Below, one piece after another: positions 1 to 10,610 of a stretch of DNA of 64,000 nucleotides. Location of the stretch: the NCBI GenBank assembly GCA_963841735.1, contig CAWJDT010000005.1, positions 1 to 64,000 on the forward strand, in the 5' to 3' direction. Positions within the stretch are counted from its first letter, which is position 1. Every line of letters starts with the position of its first letter. Both the position numbers and the translations under genes were made by a program. The stretch comes from an uncultured Actinomycetes bacterium. Lineage in GTDB: Bacteria; Actinomycetota; Thermoleophilia; RBG-16-64-13. The notes beneath the pieces are model-generated. The model saw only the letters and a program-made list of their open reading frames with translations, was not told the origin of the DNA and searched no databases.

Positions 1-3000
1 TGACGATGGAGGCCGGGGTAAGAACGGCAAAGGCGTCCCAAGCTCCGTTTGTGTCATCCGACACGAGATTGTTCGCCGCCGAGCCGAAGGCCACATACTT
101 GCCGTTGGCGCTGATGGACGACCAGTAGCTATCGCCGTTTGCCTGGGCTCCGGCGGCATTCACGCTAGCCCGACGAGTAGTGCCGTCGGTGCGATCACGC
201 ACGAAGACGTCGCACATACCGTTGGTGTCTCCGAACACGAGGTTGGTCGCGTAGGACTCAAAGGCCACGTAGCGGCCGTCGGCGCTGATGGAGGCGAAGC
301 CACTGTCGTCGTTGCCCTGCGCGCCGCCGCTGCTCACGCTCACCCGCGAGGTAGTCCCGGCCGTGCGGTCGCGGACGAAGACGTCGCCCATGTTGTTCAA
401 GTCGCCGGTCACCAAGTTGGTCGCGTAGGACTCAAACGCCACGCACCGGCCGTTGGCACTGATGTGCGGGTTGCCGCTGCCGTCGTTGCCTTGAGTGCTG
501 GCACCGGCCACGCTCACTCTTTGGGTGGTCCCAAGCTGTCGGTCTCGTACGAAGACATCCCAGATCTTGTTGGTGTCGCCTGTGACCAGGTTGCTTGCCA
601 GCGAGTCAAAGGCCACATAGCGGCCGTCGGCGCTGATGGAGACGAAGTCGCTATCGCCATTCGCTGGATCCTGGGTGCTGCCGCGGCTCACGAGCTCTGT
701 GACGTGGGTCTGCCGATCATGCACGAAGATATCTACGTGGCCGTTGTAGTCTCCGGAGGCCAGACCGCTAGCCGCTGACGAGAAGGCCACGTACCGACCA
801 TCGGCGCTCAAACACAGCTGGGCGCAATCGTCGTCCCCTTGGTTGCCGCTGGTGGCCACGCTCACCCGCTCGGTATCGCCGGTCTGCCGATCGTAGACGA
901 AGACATCCGTCTTGTTGTTGGTGTCGCCCGAAACTAGATTGTGGGCACCGGACAGGAAGGCCACATACCGGCCGTCGGCGCTGATGGAAGGAAATGCGCT
1001 GCCGAAGTCCCCCTGCGTCCCGTCGGAGGCCACGCTCACCCTCTCGGTAGTGCCGGTCGCGCGGTCGCGGACGAACACGTCCATGACGCCGTTTGTATCG
1101 CCAAGCACAAGATTGCTTGCGTCGGACATAAAGGCCTCATACCTGCCGTCGCCGCTAATTGAGGGTAAGCCGCTGTCACCGACACCTTGAGCCTCATGAC
1201 TGTCCAAACTAACCCGCTCATGTGCTTTGAGAGGCGAAGTCGGCGGCGCCTCAAAGTTGTAGTCGTCGGCAGCTGTGTCGGCGGTGGAAACGCCGTCCGC
1301 GATGACCCCAACCTGTACCGTGCCGGCATTGTGGAATGGTGCGGTCGCAGTTATCTGCGTACCCGAGTCGACCGTGTAGCTGAGGGCATTCTTTCCCCCG
1401 AACTTCACCCCACCGGGTCCGGTCACACTGCTGAAGAGCGTGCCGGTGATGGTGACCACAGTCCCCCCGGTGACTGGGCCGCTCGCGGTGTCGATGGCAG
1501 TGATGGTCGGAGGCTCGTAGTAGCTGAAGACATCCGCCGGAGTGTCTGGTGTGGTGCCGTAGAATTCGCTTGTCACTTGCACACCCACCGAGCCGATGCC
1601 CTGCGCAGGCGCGAGTGCTGTTATCTGGGTAAGAGAGTCGACACTGTAGTCAACCGAGGGTATGCCTCCGAAGAGCACGCCGGTTGCCCCGGCGAGGCAC
1701 TCGCCGGTGATCACGACAGCCGTGTCTCCGGCAGTGGAGCCACGATTGGGGCTCAGACCGGTGATGTTTGCGGCCCACATCCCAGACCTCACAAAGATGT
1801 CCTGCACCTGGTTGTTGTCGGCGGGCACAATCATGCTGCCACTCGACCCAAAGCCCACCTGCTGGCCGTCGCCACTGATACTAGCGAAGGTGGAGAAGCC
1901 GTAGACGGGGCCTCCGCTGGCGCTCAAGCTTGCAATCAACGTCGCGCCGGTACGCCGGTCATGCACGAAGACATCGCAAGACGCATTCACGTCCCCGGCC
2001 ACGAGGTTGTGACTGTAGGAGTCGAAGGCGACCAAGTTGCCGTCGGCGCTGATGGATGGTCCGATACTGTCTCCATCACCCTGGATCCCGCCACTGGACA
2101 CACTTACCCGCGCAGTGGTTCCCGTGACCCGATCGCGGATGAAGATATCGTCGGTGTTGTTGGTGTCACCGGAAACGAGGTTGCTGGCCAGGGACATGAA
2201 CGCCACGTAGCGCCCGTCTGCGCTCATGGAAGGTTGCTCGCTGTAGGAGTTCGCCTGACCCTCAGCGCTGCTGACGCTCACCCGCTCCGTGGTACCCGCC
2301 ACCCGATCACGTACGAAGATGTCACCCCGGCCATTCGTGTCCCCACCCACCAGATTGGATGCCTCGGAACTGAATGCCACGTAGCGCCCATCAGCGCTGA
2401 TGGCACGATCGCCACCGCCACTACTATTGCCGCCAGTCGCTTGGACCTCAGCACTGCTGACGCTCACCCGCTCCGTTGTGCCCGCCACCCGATCGCGTAC
2501 AAAGACGTCACCCCGGCCATTCGTGTCCCCACCCACCAGATTGGATGCCTCGGAACTGAATGCCACGTAGCGCCCATCAGCGCTGATAGAGACATTTCCA
2601 GAGTCTAAGTTGGCCTGAGCCTCAGCGCTGCTGACGCTCACCCGCTCCGTGACACCTGTCTCCCGGTCATGCACAAAGACATCCCGCCTGCCATTGGTGT
2701 CCCCAGTGACAAGATTGGAGGCATCGGACTCAAACGCCACGTAGCGACCGTCGGAGCTGATGGAGGCAAACCCGCTCCAACGGTTTCCGAACGCGCCGCC
2801 GCTGCTCACGCTCACGCACTCCGTAACAACGGTACCGCGATCGTGCACAAAGACGCTGAATCCACCCTCAAAGGCCACGTAGCGCCCATCACCGCTGAGA
2901 GAGGGCCTAAAGGTCTCTTGGTAGAGTTCGGTCCCGCCGCTCGCCACACTAACCCGCTCGATAACGGAGGCCTGTGCCACCCCCGCACACGCGAGCAGGG

Positions 3001-3049
3001 CGACGACAAGCACGACCACCGCAAGAACACCAGCCTTGAACCTGGACAC
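1..3049 (-). CDS. Large secreted protein: TolB/PD40-like beta-propeller, 2 IPT/TIG domains, second propeller; 3' end runs off the window
   Basis: Manual minus-strand translation from GTG 3049 (AGGGGGG RBS, signal peptide [27 protein letters not shown]). Many SISADGRYVAF..SNLV.GDTN...DVFV.DR..G.TERVSV repeats; open to base 1, so missing from the ORF track. Confidence 0.9.
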   Translation of the reverse strand, partial: MSRFKAGVLAVVVLVVALLACAGVAQASVIERVSVASGGTELYQETFRPSLSGDGRYVAFEGGFSVFVHDRGTVVTECVSVSSGGAFGNRWSGFASISSDGRYVAFESDASNLVTGDTNGRRDVFVHDRETGVTERVSVSSAEAQANLDSGNVSISADGRYVAFSSEASNLVGGDTNGRGDVFVRDRVAGTTERVSVSSAEVQATGGNSSGGGDRAISADGRYVAFSSEASNLVGGDTNGRGDIFVRDRVAGTTERVSVSSAEGQANSYSEQPSMSADGRYVAFMSLASNLVSGDTNNTDDIFIRDRVTGTTARVSVSSGGIQGDGDSIGPSISADGNLVAFDSYSHNLVAGDVNASCDVFVHDRRTGATLIASLSASGGPVYGFSTFASISGDGQQVGFGSSGSMIVPADNNQVQDIFVRSGMWAANITGLSPNRGSTAGDTAVVITGECLAGATGVLFGGIPSVDYSVDSLTQITALAPAQGIGSVGVQVTSEFYGTTPDTPADVFSYYEPPTITAIDTASGPVTGGTVVTITGTLFSSVTGPGGVKFGGKNALSYTVDSGTQITATAPFHNAGTVQVGVIADGVSTADTAADDYNFEAPPTSPLKAHERVSLDSHEAQGVGDSGLPSISGDGRYEAFMSDASNLVLGDTNGVMDVFVRDRATGTTERVSVASDGTQGDFGSAFPSISADGRYVAFLSGAHNLVSGDTNNKTDVFVYDRQTGDTERVSVATSGNQGDDDCAQLCLSADGRYVAFSSAASGLASGDYNGHVDIFVHDRQTHVTELVSRGSTQDPANGDSDFVSISADGRYVAFDSLASNLVTGDTNKIWDVFVRDRQLGTTQRVSVAGASTQGNDGSGNPHISANGRCVAFESYATNLVTGDLNNMGDVFVRDRTAGTTSRVSVSSGGAQGNDDSGFASISADGRYVAFESYATNLVFGDTNGMCDVFVRDRTDGTTRRASVNAAGAQANGDSYWSSISANGKYVAFGSAANNLVSDDTNGAWDAFAVLTPASIV
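2261..2587. repeat. Near-identical ~140 bp direct repeat (2261-2401 and 2447-2587), a recently duplicated propeller blade
   Basis: Direct comparison, offset 186 bp, few mismatches. Confidence 0.85.
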
Positions 3050-3248
3050 AAGCCCCCCCTATTTTGAAGAATCCGCACCTTCCGTTACGGCCCAATGCAC
3101 CAAGATCAGCCGCGCCGCGCTCCGCCCTCCCTGAAACCGGCAGACCCAAGGCGCCACGACGATTCCAGCCAGCCTAGCAAAGCAGTCGACCCAAACGCAA
3201 GCGCCATCCCGCTGGCGATCGCGTACCAAGCCCGACGCCGCGCCGTCC

Positions 3249-4242
3249 CTAGAGGTCATTGAGCGCCTTCAGCAGTTCCTCTTGCTGCCGGTCGACTTCC
3301 TCGAGGGCCGACGTGTCGACCTCGACGGCATCGAATACAGCGGTCATCAGGTGGCTGAAGGCCTTCCCCATCGTGTCCCACTCATCTGCGATGTCCTCGA
3401 CGAGTGACTGCATATCGGACTGCCGCTCCTCTACCCCGGAGTACTGTCCGCTTCTCAGAACGTCGAGCAAACCGCTGATCGTTCCCATGGCCTTCTCGAT
3501 ATCGGCCACCAACAGGTCTTGAACCTCTACGAAACCTTGAGGAGGGGATATCACCTTAAGTTGCTCTGCGCAGCCAGCCGTGATGACTCGCACCGACTCG
3601 AAGAGTCCGCGGGCCGTCTCCAAGTAGCCGCCCACGAAAGAAGGAAGAGCCCCGATCTGGACAAACACACCGCCCGCGTCGGTCGCAGTCAAGAGGTCTT
3701 GGCTCGCGACCAAGATGGCCCGGCCCTCCTCAGACGGGTCGAATCCCCGGAGTTCCGCCTGCGCCTTTGACACGGCAGCCGCCGCCTTTGCGACCTCCTT
3801 CGGCATCTGGTCGCACATGACCACCAAGCCTTCGCCGCTGTCCGTTTGCCGGCTACTTATCTCTTCCATAGCGGCATCGGACTCGGCATAAGAGCAACAT
3901 CACACGCTCCTCTAATTCTATCGATCGGACCCCCGGCTGCACCTGTCGGGCAAAGACCATACGACGTCAAGACGAGGACCACCACCGCCACAACCATGAT
4001 GTAAGAAACTCCCAGATCGCTCCACCGGCCACCTTGAAAGTACTTTCCAGGACGATGAGGATACGCTCCCGCAGAGGCAACTTCTCCGGCTCTCCCACAA
4101 CCGGCCGCGCGGGCCTGGCCTGGCCAGGAGAAGAAGCTTGGCCGGGCGAGAGCTCCAGCGCACGGCGAGCCTGCTGACCGCACTCAGGGCAAGTGAACTC
4201 ATCCGGTCTCAATTCCGCCCAGCACCAAGGGCAATTGTCCAT
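3249..4242 (-). pseudogene. Zinc-ribbon + TM + helical-domain membrane protein split by two apparent frameshifts
   Basis: MDNCPWC..CPECG start at 4242, hydrophobic IMVVAVVVLVLT in a second frame, helical domain (3249-3869) in a third. Confidence 0.55.
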
Positions 4243-4420
4243 GGCCCCCCTCCACCTCGCCCGACAAGAAGCTATCGCCACAACAGAGGCTCGGGATGAG
4301 CGCCTGTCAACCACATTGAGGCCGGCGCTGCGACCAGAGCATCTCAGATCGGGTGACAAGCCGACCCCAACGGCCCGAGCACCACCCCGACCTACACGTA
4401 AATCGAGCGGAGTCGGTCGC

Positions 4421-5284
4421 CTAGAGGGCCTCCAAAGCCTGCTTCAGTTCCTCTTCCCGCTCTTCGAACGCATCAAGCCGCGATTTGACGTCATTCATCC
4501 AGGTGCCACACTGCATGGCCCAGACATCTACATCCTTGAGGAAGTAGTACATGTGGCTTGGGAGGAACTGGACCCAGAAGTTCGCGTCTGCCCCATCTTT
4601 GCCCGGAGATGCAACCATCTCGGTCAGGAACCTGACGTTATACCAGAGTCCCTCCGCTGTACTCCTTATACTTTCGCCGAGCGATTCATGCGCATCAGCC
4701 AGTTGGGCCGGAGGAGACACAGCCCGCCACTGTAGCGTGCAATCGCTCATCAAGTCTTCGACCTCTTGCACACGGTCGCGCGCCGCTGCGACATCGGTGT
4801 CGATCAGCTCGCTCAAGGCACCCGTGTCAACGAACAGTCCGCCCCATTCGAACAGCGGCCGCATCCTTTCGGTTATCAAGATCGTAGACTCGGCATACGC
4901 TAGGTAAGCCGAGACCTGTTGAGCGGTGACGGAGTAATCGTCCAGATACTCGAGCAAGTCGGCATGAATAGCCTGCGATTCTTCATCAGGGGGCTGAAGC
5001 GCCTGCAGGTCCGCTTGCGCCTTGGCGATAGCCGTCACTCTTTTCGCCCATTCCTGTTCGGCAGCCTGCGTCGAAGCCACATGCCCGGCCGAGTCTTCGG
5101 ACATCTTTTCCTGGGACTGAGCCAGGGTTTTCTGCGACTGTTCCTCTACCAAGCGCAGCTCGTGAAAGATGCTTCTCACGGCCGACTCGTATTGACCATC
5201 GCATCCGGCGACCCCGGTCACAAGAGCCAGCGACAGGATCAAACCAGCGATAACGTAACTGCTACGTCGCAGAACCGGCACCAT
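4421..5284 (-). CDS. Hypothetical alpha-helical lipoprotein
   Basis: 287 aa, lipobox VAGC, GAGGGGGG RBS. Confidence 0.8.
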   Translation of the reverse strand: MVPVLRRSSYVIAGLILSLALVTGVAGCDGQYESAVRSIFHELRLVEEQSQKTLAQSQEKMSEDSAGHVASTQAAEQEWAKRVTAIAKAQADLQALQPPDEESQAIHADLLEYLDDYSVTAQQVSAYLAYAESTILITERMRPLFEWGGLFVDTGALSELIDTDVAAARDRVQEVEDLMSDCTLQWRAVSPPAQLADAHESLGESIRSTAEGLWYNVRFLTEMVASPGKDGADANFWVQFLPSHMYYFLKDVDVWAMQCGTWMNDVKSRLDAFEEREEELKQALEAL

Positions 5285-5376
5285 TCCCCCCCCTCAAGCG
5301 CTGCTCGCAACACTTCTGCATTCCGCGCCCATCACACTATCATCCAGCGTACGGGCCGCGCAGGCGCAGGATGGCC

Positions 5377-5923
5377 CTACGTCACAACCAGAATCGGCCT
5401 ATGACACCTAAGGCACCGGTCCGCCTCGGCGGTCACCTGCTCCAAGGTGTAGCCCAGCTCCACGGCTTCGAAGTCGTCGGTGCGCTCTTCCACCGTCCGC
5501 ACCGGCATGGGCTGGCGCTGTCCGTAGTCCACGCAGTCGGCCAGGGGTTCGGCGCTCTTCTGGGCGCCCAGGTATACGGCGATGCGCCGGGTCTTGTCCT
5601 CGATATCCTCCGCCACCGGCTCGCCGCGCAGGAACTTGTCGATGTACTTGGCCGCAACCTTGCCCGCGTTGATGGCCTCTATCACCGTGCCGCCCCCGCT
5701 CACCGCGTCGCCGCCCACGAACACCCCGGGCTTGCTGGTGGCCAGGGTGTAGGGATCGATCTCGATATAGCCGTACTTGTTGAGCTTGATCGATTCATCC
5801 CCTTTGAAAGGTTCAAAATCTGGCTTCTGTCCTACAGCCGCCAAGATGCTGGTGGCAGTGAGCACGAACGGGGCCATGTCGGTCGGGACGGGTTTCCGCC
5901 TGCCGCTCTCGTCGGGCTCGCCC
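5377..5923 (-). pseudogene. Duplicated 3' end (547 bp, ~93% identical) of the flavoprotein gene, matching 8255-8801
   Basis: Gap-free manual alignment, ~37 mismatches, mostly at third codon positions. Confidence 0.95.
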
Positions 5924-8146
5924 CTAGCGCAGAGTTCCCATCACTTCCACGGCGTCGATGTTTATTGCAGTCCCGCCCGAGTTGGGGTTCCTAGCCGTCG
6001 TGTATAGGATCTCGACGGTGTGAGGGCCGTAGGCGAGTGCACCCGTGCTCCACACCATCTGTTTGTACAGGGTGTCCGAGCTGTAGAGGTCGACGATTAC
6101 CGGGCTGCCGCCATCCACGGACACGCGGGCCTTCCCCATGGTGGGACCCGTCTTGGCGATCCAGTCCAAGGTCACCCCGTCGAAAGCGATGGTTACTGAA
6201 GCGCGCCGCGCGTAGGTGTAGCTCCCGGACCCGCCCGAGTAGCGGGAGATGTCGGGCGTCCACCAGCGCCCCTCGTAACGGAGGCGGAAGTCCGTCTGTT
6301 CGAAGTGCGCTAGTTCCAGATAGGCGTAGTCACCTGCCGCCGTGTCGGGCGTCGCGCCCCCGAAAGCCGTCACCCGTACCTGCGCGCTGCCGACTGCGTG
6401 GGGAGGCGCAACAGCGGTTATCTGGGTGGGAGAATCGACAGTGTAGCTAGCGGCGTTCGTGCCCCCGAAGGTGACGGCGGCTGGCCCGGTTACACCGACA
6501 AACTCTGTCCCGGTGATGATGACCTCGGTGCCCCCGGAAGCAAGGCCCCACGCAACCTCGAGGGCGCCGATGGTGGGTTCGCCCACGTAGGCGTAGTCAT
6601 CGGCAGGGGTGTCCGGGGTTGCTCCTCCGAGAGTAGTCACCTGTATCTGCACGCTGCCGACGGCATGGGGAGGCGCAGAAGCGGTTATCTGCGTGGGAGA
6701 ATCGACAGTGTAGCTAGCGGCGTTCGTGCCCCCGAAGGTGACGGCGGCTGGCCCGGTTACACCGACAAACTCTGTCCCGGTGATGATGACCACAGTACCC
6801 CCGGTGGCGAGACCGAATGTGATATCGATCGACGTGACAAGGGGCAGACGGTCCACCGCGGCCACAAAGACATCTTCGACTTCGTTCGTGTCGCCCGCGA
6901 CCAGAGTGCTCGCCAAGGAGGAGAACGCCGCGCTGCGGCCGTCGGCGCTTATGCAGGTAAGCCGACTGAGGCCGCTGGTGTCGCTACCGTCGGCACCCAG
7001 GCTCAAACGCGAAGTAGTCATAGCAGCGAGATCTCGGACGAAGACGTCCCACGTATTGTTGGCATCTCCCTCCACCAGATTGCTCGCCAATGACTCAAAG
7101 ACGACGCTCCGGCCGTCGGCGCTGATGGAAGGCCAGAATGCCTTGCCGTTTCCTCCGGCCCCATCGCCGTCCACGCTTGCCCGGGTGGTGGTGCCGGTCT
7201 CGCGGTCGTGGACGAACACGCCGCACGTGCCGCCCGTGTTCCCTTCCGTCAGATTGTCTCCATATGACGCGAAGGCGATCCAGCGGCCATTGCCGCTGAT
7301 CGAGGGCTGGATGCTGTGGTCGCTGTATTCGTTGCCATCGCTTGCCACACTCACCCTCTCAGTAGTCCCTGCCTGCCGGTCGTATACGAAGATATCGATC
7401 TTGCCATTCGTATCTCCGGCCACCAGAGAGGTCGCGGAAGACTCGAAGGCCACGTAACGCCCGTTGCCGCTAATAGAGGGCGAGAAGCTGCGGTCGTTTC
7501 CCTCGGTACCATCGCTGGCGACGCTCACTCGCTGGGTGGTTCCTGCTTGCCGATCGTAGACAAAGATGTCCCAACTCCCGTTTGTGTCCCCAGGCACAAG
7601 ATTGTCCGCGTAGGATTCAAAGGCCACGTAGCGGCCGTCGGCACTAATCGAGGGATCGCCGCTCTGGTAGTCCCCCTCAACCCCGCCGTTTGCCACGCTT
7701 ACTCGCTCGGTGACCCCGGTTTCCCTGTCATGCACGAAGACATCCCAGGCGTTGTTCTTATCCCCCTGAACCAGATTGTTCGCATGCGAGTCGAAGGCGA
7801 CCCACCGACCGTCGGCGCTGATCGAGGACGACAGGCTCCAGTCGTTTCCCTGAGTTCCGTCGCTGGCTACACTCACGCGCTCGATGGACTGAGTCTCGGT
7901 GTCAAAGACGAAAATGTCCCTCTTGCCATTTGTATCTCCGGGCACCAGTACCGTGGCGGACGACGTGAGAGCCACGTAGCGGCCATCGCCGCTGATAGAC
8001 GGGGCGGTGCTCTCGGAATCCCCCTGGGTCAGGTCCGTAGAAACGCTTACTCGCCCGATCACGCCAGCCTCGACCGCGCCCGACGAGCCAACTAGCGCGA
8101 GAGTCACTAGAGCAGCTGCAAGAATTGCCTTCTTCCACCGATTCAT
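5924..8146 (-). CDS. Secreted TolB/PD40-like beta-propeller + 2 IPT/TIG + C-terminal beta-sandwich protein
   Basis: Signal peptide MNRWKKAILAAALVTLALV, SISADGRYVAF repeats, two GGT.V.ITGT..VTFGG..YTVDSPTQITA domains. Confidence 0.9.
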   Translation of the reverse strand: MNRWKKAILAAALVTLALVGSSGAVEAGVIGRVSVSTDLTQGDSESTAPSISGDGRYVALTSSATVLVPGDTNGKRDIFVFDTETQSIERVSVASDGTQGNDWSLSSSISADGRWVAFDSHANNLVQGDKNNAWDVFVHDRETGVTERVSVANGGVEGDYQSGDPSISADGRYVAFESYADNLVPGDTNGSWDIFVYDRQAGTTQRVSVASDGTEGNDRSFSPSISGNGRYVAFESSATSLVAGDTNGKIDIFVYDRQAGTTERVSVASDGNEYSDHSIQPSISGNGRWIAFASYGDNLTEGNTGGTCGVFVHDRETGTTTRASVDGDGAGGNGKAFWPSISADGRSVVFESLASNLVEGDANNTWDVFVRDLAAMTTSRLSLGADGSDTSGLSRLTCISADGRSAAFSSLASTLVAGDTNEVEDVFVAAVDRLPLVTSIDITFGLATGGTVVIITGTEFVGVTGPAAVTFGGTNAASYTVDSPTQITASAPPHAVGSVQIQVTTLGGATPDTPADDYAYVGEPTIGALEVAWGLASGGTEVIITGTEFVGVTGPAAVTFGGTNAASYTVDSPTQITAVAPPHAVGSAQVRVTAFGGATPDTAAGDYAYLELAHFEQTDFRLRYEGRWWTPDISRYSGGSGSYTYARRASVTIAFDGVTLDWIAKTGPTMGKARVSVDGGSPVIVDLYSSDTLYKQMVWSTGALAYGPHTVEILYTTARNPNSGGTAINIDAVEVMGTLR
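6414..6791. repeat. ~110 bp near-identical direct repeat within the two IPT/TIG domains (offset 267 bp)
   Basis: Direct comparison of 6414-6524 with 6681-6791. Confidence 0.85.
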
Positions 8147-8195
8147 TGCCCCAACCTCAGCGATCTTCCCCACCTTGCGCGGCACAATACCGCCG

Positions 8196-8225
8196 AGTGT
8201 AGCAACGCTATGCGCAGCAGGGCAA
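8196..8225 (-). promoter_or_regulatory. Putative sigma70 promoter of the propeller gene
   Basis: TTGCCC-18 bp-TACACT. Confidence 0.45.
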
Positions 8226-8254
8226 GCGCCGTAGACACGACGCCGATAGTTCCC

Positions 8255-10388
8255 CTAAGTCACCACCAGGATCGGCCTATGGCACCGCAGGCACCGGTCC
8301 GCCTCGGCGGTCACCTGCTCCAGGGTGTAGCCCAGTTCGACGGCTTCGAAGTCGTCGGTGCGTTCTTCCACCGTCCGCACCGGCATGGGCTGACGTTGGC
8401 CGTAGTCCACGCACTCGGCCAGGGGATCGGCGCTCTTCTGGGCGCCCAGGTACACGGCGATGCGCCGGGTCTTGTCCTCGATGTCCTCGGCCACGGGCTC
8501 GCCGCGCAGGTACTTGTCGATGTACTTGGCCGCCACCTTGCCCGCGTTGATGGCCTCGATCACCGTGCCGCCCCCGCTCACCGCGTCGCCGCCCACGAAC
8601 ACGCCGGGCTTGCTGGTCATGAGGGTGTAGGGATCGATCTCGATGTAGCCGTACTTGTTGAGCTTGATGGAGTCGTCCCCTTTGAAGGGGTCAAAATCTG
8701 GCTTCTGTCCTACAGCGGCCATGATGCTGGTGGCAGTGAGCACGAACGGGGCCATGTCGGTGGGGACAGGTTTCCGCCTGCCGCTCTCGTCGGGCTCGCC
8801 CAGTTCCATCTGCTGGCAGACCAGACCGTTGACGCCTTCGTCACCTTTGCACTCCATGGGAGCGGCCAGGTAATGAAAATGGACGCCTTCTTCCTCTGCT
8901 TCTTCGATCTCCCAGGCGTTGGCGGGCATCTCGTTCTTGGTGCGGCGGTAGACCACCTGCACGTTCTTGGCGCCCAGGCGGATGGCGGTACGGGCCGCGT
9001 CCATGGCCGAGTTGCCCCCGCCCAGCACCAGCACGTCGTCGCCGATGTCCACCGGCTGGTGCAGAGCCACTTTGCGCAGGAACTCGATGGCGTCCATGGC
9101 ACCGGGCAGATCCTCGCCGGGGATGCCCAGCGGCCGGCCCAGGTGGGCGCCGATGGCCACGAAGGTGGCCTCGAACTCCTTGCTCCAGGTCGTCCCAAGA
9201 GATGTCGCGGCCCACGCGGGTGTTGTAGCGGATCTCGACGCCTTCTTGCTCGATGAGCTCGGCTTCGCGATGGATGACGTGACGGGGCAGGCGGTACTCG
9301 GGGATGCCCACGTGCACCATGCCGCCCGGCACGGGCAGGTCTTCGAAGATCACAGGTTTGTAGCCGCGGCGGGCCAGGAAGTAGCCGGCCGAGAGACCGG
9401 CCGGTCCGGCCCCGATGATGGCCACCTTCTTGCCACAGGCGGCCTGCTTGTCGTCCAAGCGGCAGGTCACCTCGACCGGACGTTCGCTGAGCTGAGCGGT
9501 GGTCAGCTCGCTGACCTCGTGCGGCGCGCCCGCCATCAGCGCGGCGCCGCCGGCGGCTTCGATCACCTCAGGCGTGGCCCCGGCGGTCGGGTCGGCCAGG
9601 CAGCCGGACGCGCCATGATCGTCGACCAGACCCTCAGCCCGGTCGGCGGCCCAGCGCTTGATGTTGTTGATGGCGATCGGCTGGCCGGTGGGCGCCAGGG
9701 TGCAGTTGGCTTCGCAGGGATGCGGACACGTGCGGCCGATGATGGCCGGCAGCGGGTTGTCGCGCTTGACGATGGTGGTGGCCAGATGCGGATGCTCCTC
9801 CAGCGCCTGGAAGATGTAGGAGGCGCAGTCCACCGTCGACGGGCAGGTGGAGCGACACGGGGCCGCTATCCAGCCGTGCGTGGTCTCGGGCTCGCAGGTG
9901 GCGCCGGCGGCGTGGGCGGCGAAGTGCTCTTCGCCCAGGTCCAGCAGCGCCAGGATAGGATCGCGGATGGTGTTGGCTATGCCGCACCACGCGGAATCTT
10001 CGATGGATTCGGCCAGGCGGCGGATCTTGGCCACGATGCTCTCGCCGGCAGCGGGCGCCCCTCCCCCGTTGCCGTTGCCGGCCGCGGCTTCGCCGGTGTC
10101 GCCAGCAGCCAGCTTCTCGAACAGCTCACGCATGATGTCCACGCCGATGCGGCAGGGCCCGCAGCGCCCGCACGACTCTTCTTGGATGAGCTTGATGTAC
10201 CGCAGGGCCAGGTCGACCAGGCAAACGTCACCGTTCACAACCACGCCGCGCCAGGACACGACGGCCTTGACCTCGGCCATGTCGGGCTGCTGCAGACGGG
10301 CCGCCACTTCATCCGGCCCGGGCCCCCCGTACCTGTCGGTCAGAGCCGCGATGTGCCGAGTGGCTGTGGCTTCCGGCGCCTGGGGCAT
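8255..10388 (-). CDS. FAD-dependent oxidoreductase: N-terminal NuoF-type 4Fe-4S region fused to a GltD/SfrB-like domain; one frameshift near 9182
   Basis: CGRCGPCRIG, APC..TCP, GRTCPHPCE..C, IIGAGPAGL, GIPEYRLP, GGGNSAMDAAR, C-terminal RCLRC. ORFs 8841-10601 and 8255-9160 join if one base is removed. Confidence 0.88.
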
Positions 10389-10610
10389 TGTTTCCGAACC
10401 TCCTCGGGATGACACGCATGACGATTCTGCAGCGGCCGGGCCACGACGAGTTTCGCCCGCGACGACCTCCGCGGCGGCTCTGTCGGGCGGCACGGCCACG
10501 ACTATTCTTGCGGCTTTAGATGATAACCCATAGGCGTGGCGCACCGCCACAAACAGAGGCTGTGCTATGCCGAGGGCTCTGCCGCGCCGAGGGCTCTCCA
10601 CCCACCGACA

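Noticed and set aside
464-3067. Long plus-strand ORFs here and opposite other genes (e.g. 25339-26844, 30129-31643, 50274-51749)
   Set aside because: Antisense shadows of real high-GC genes on the other strand.
3098-3111. Possible third, tiny remnant of the flavoprotein 3' end (CACCAAGATCAGCC)
   Set aside because: Only 12 of 14 bases match and it does not extend; likely chance.
5377-8801. Diversity-generating retroelement TR/VR pair
   Set aside because: Mismatches are mainly synonymous third positions of all base types, not adenine-specific, and no reverse transcriptase is in the window.
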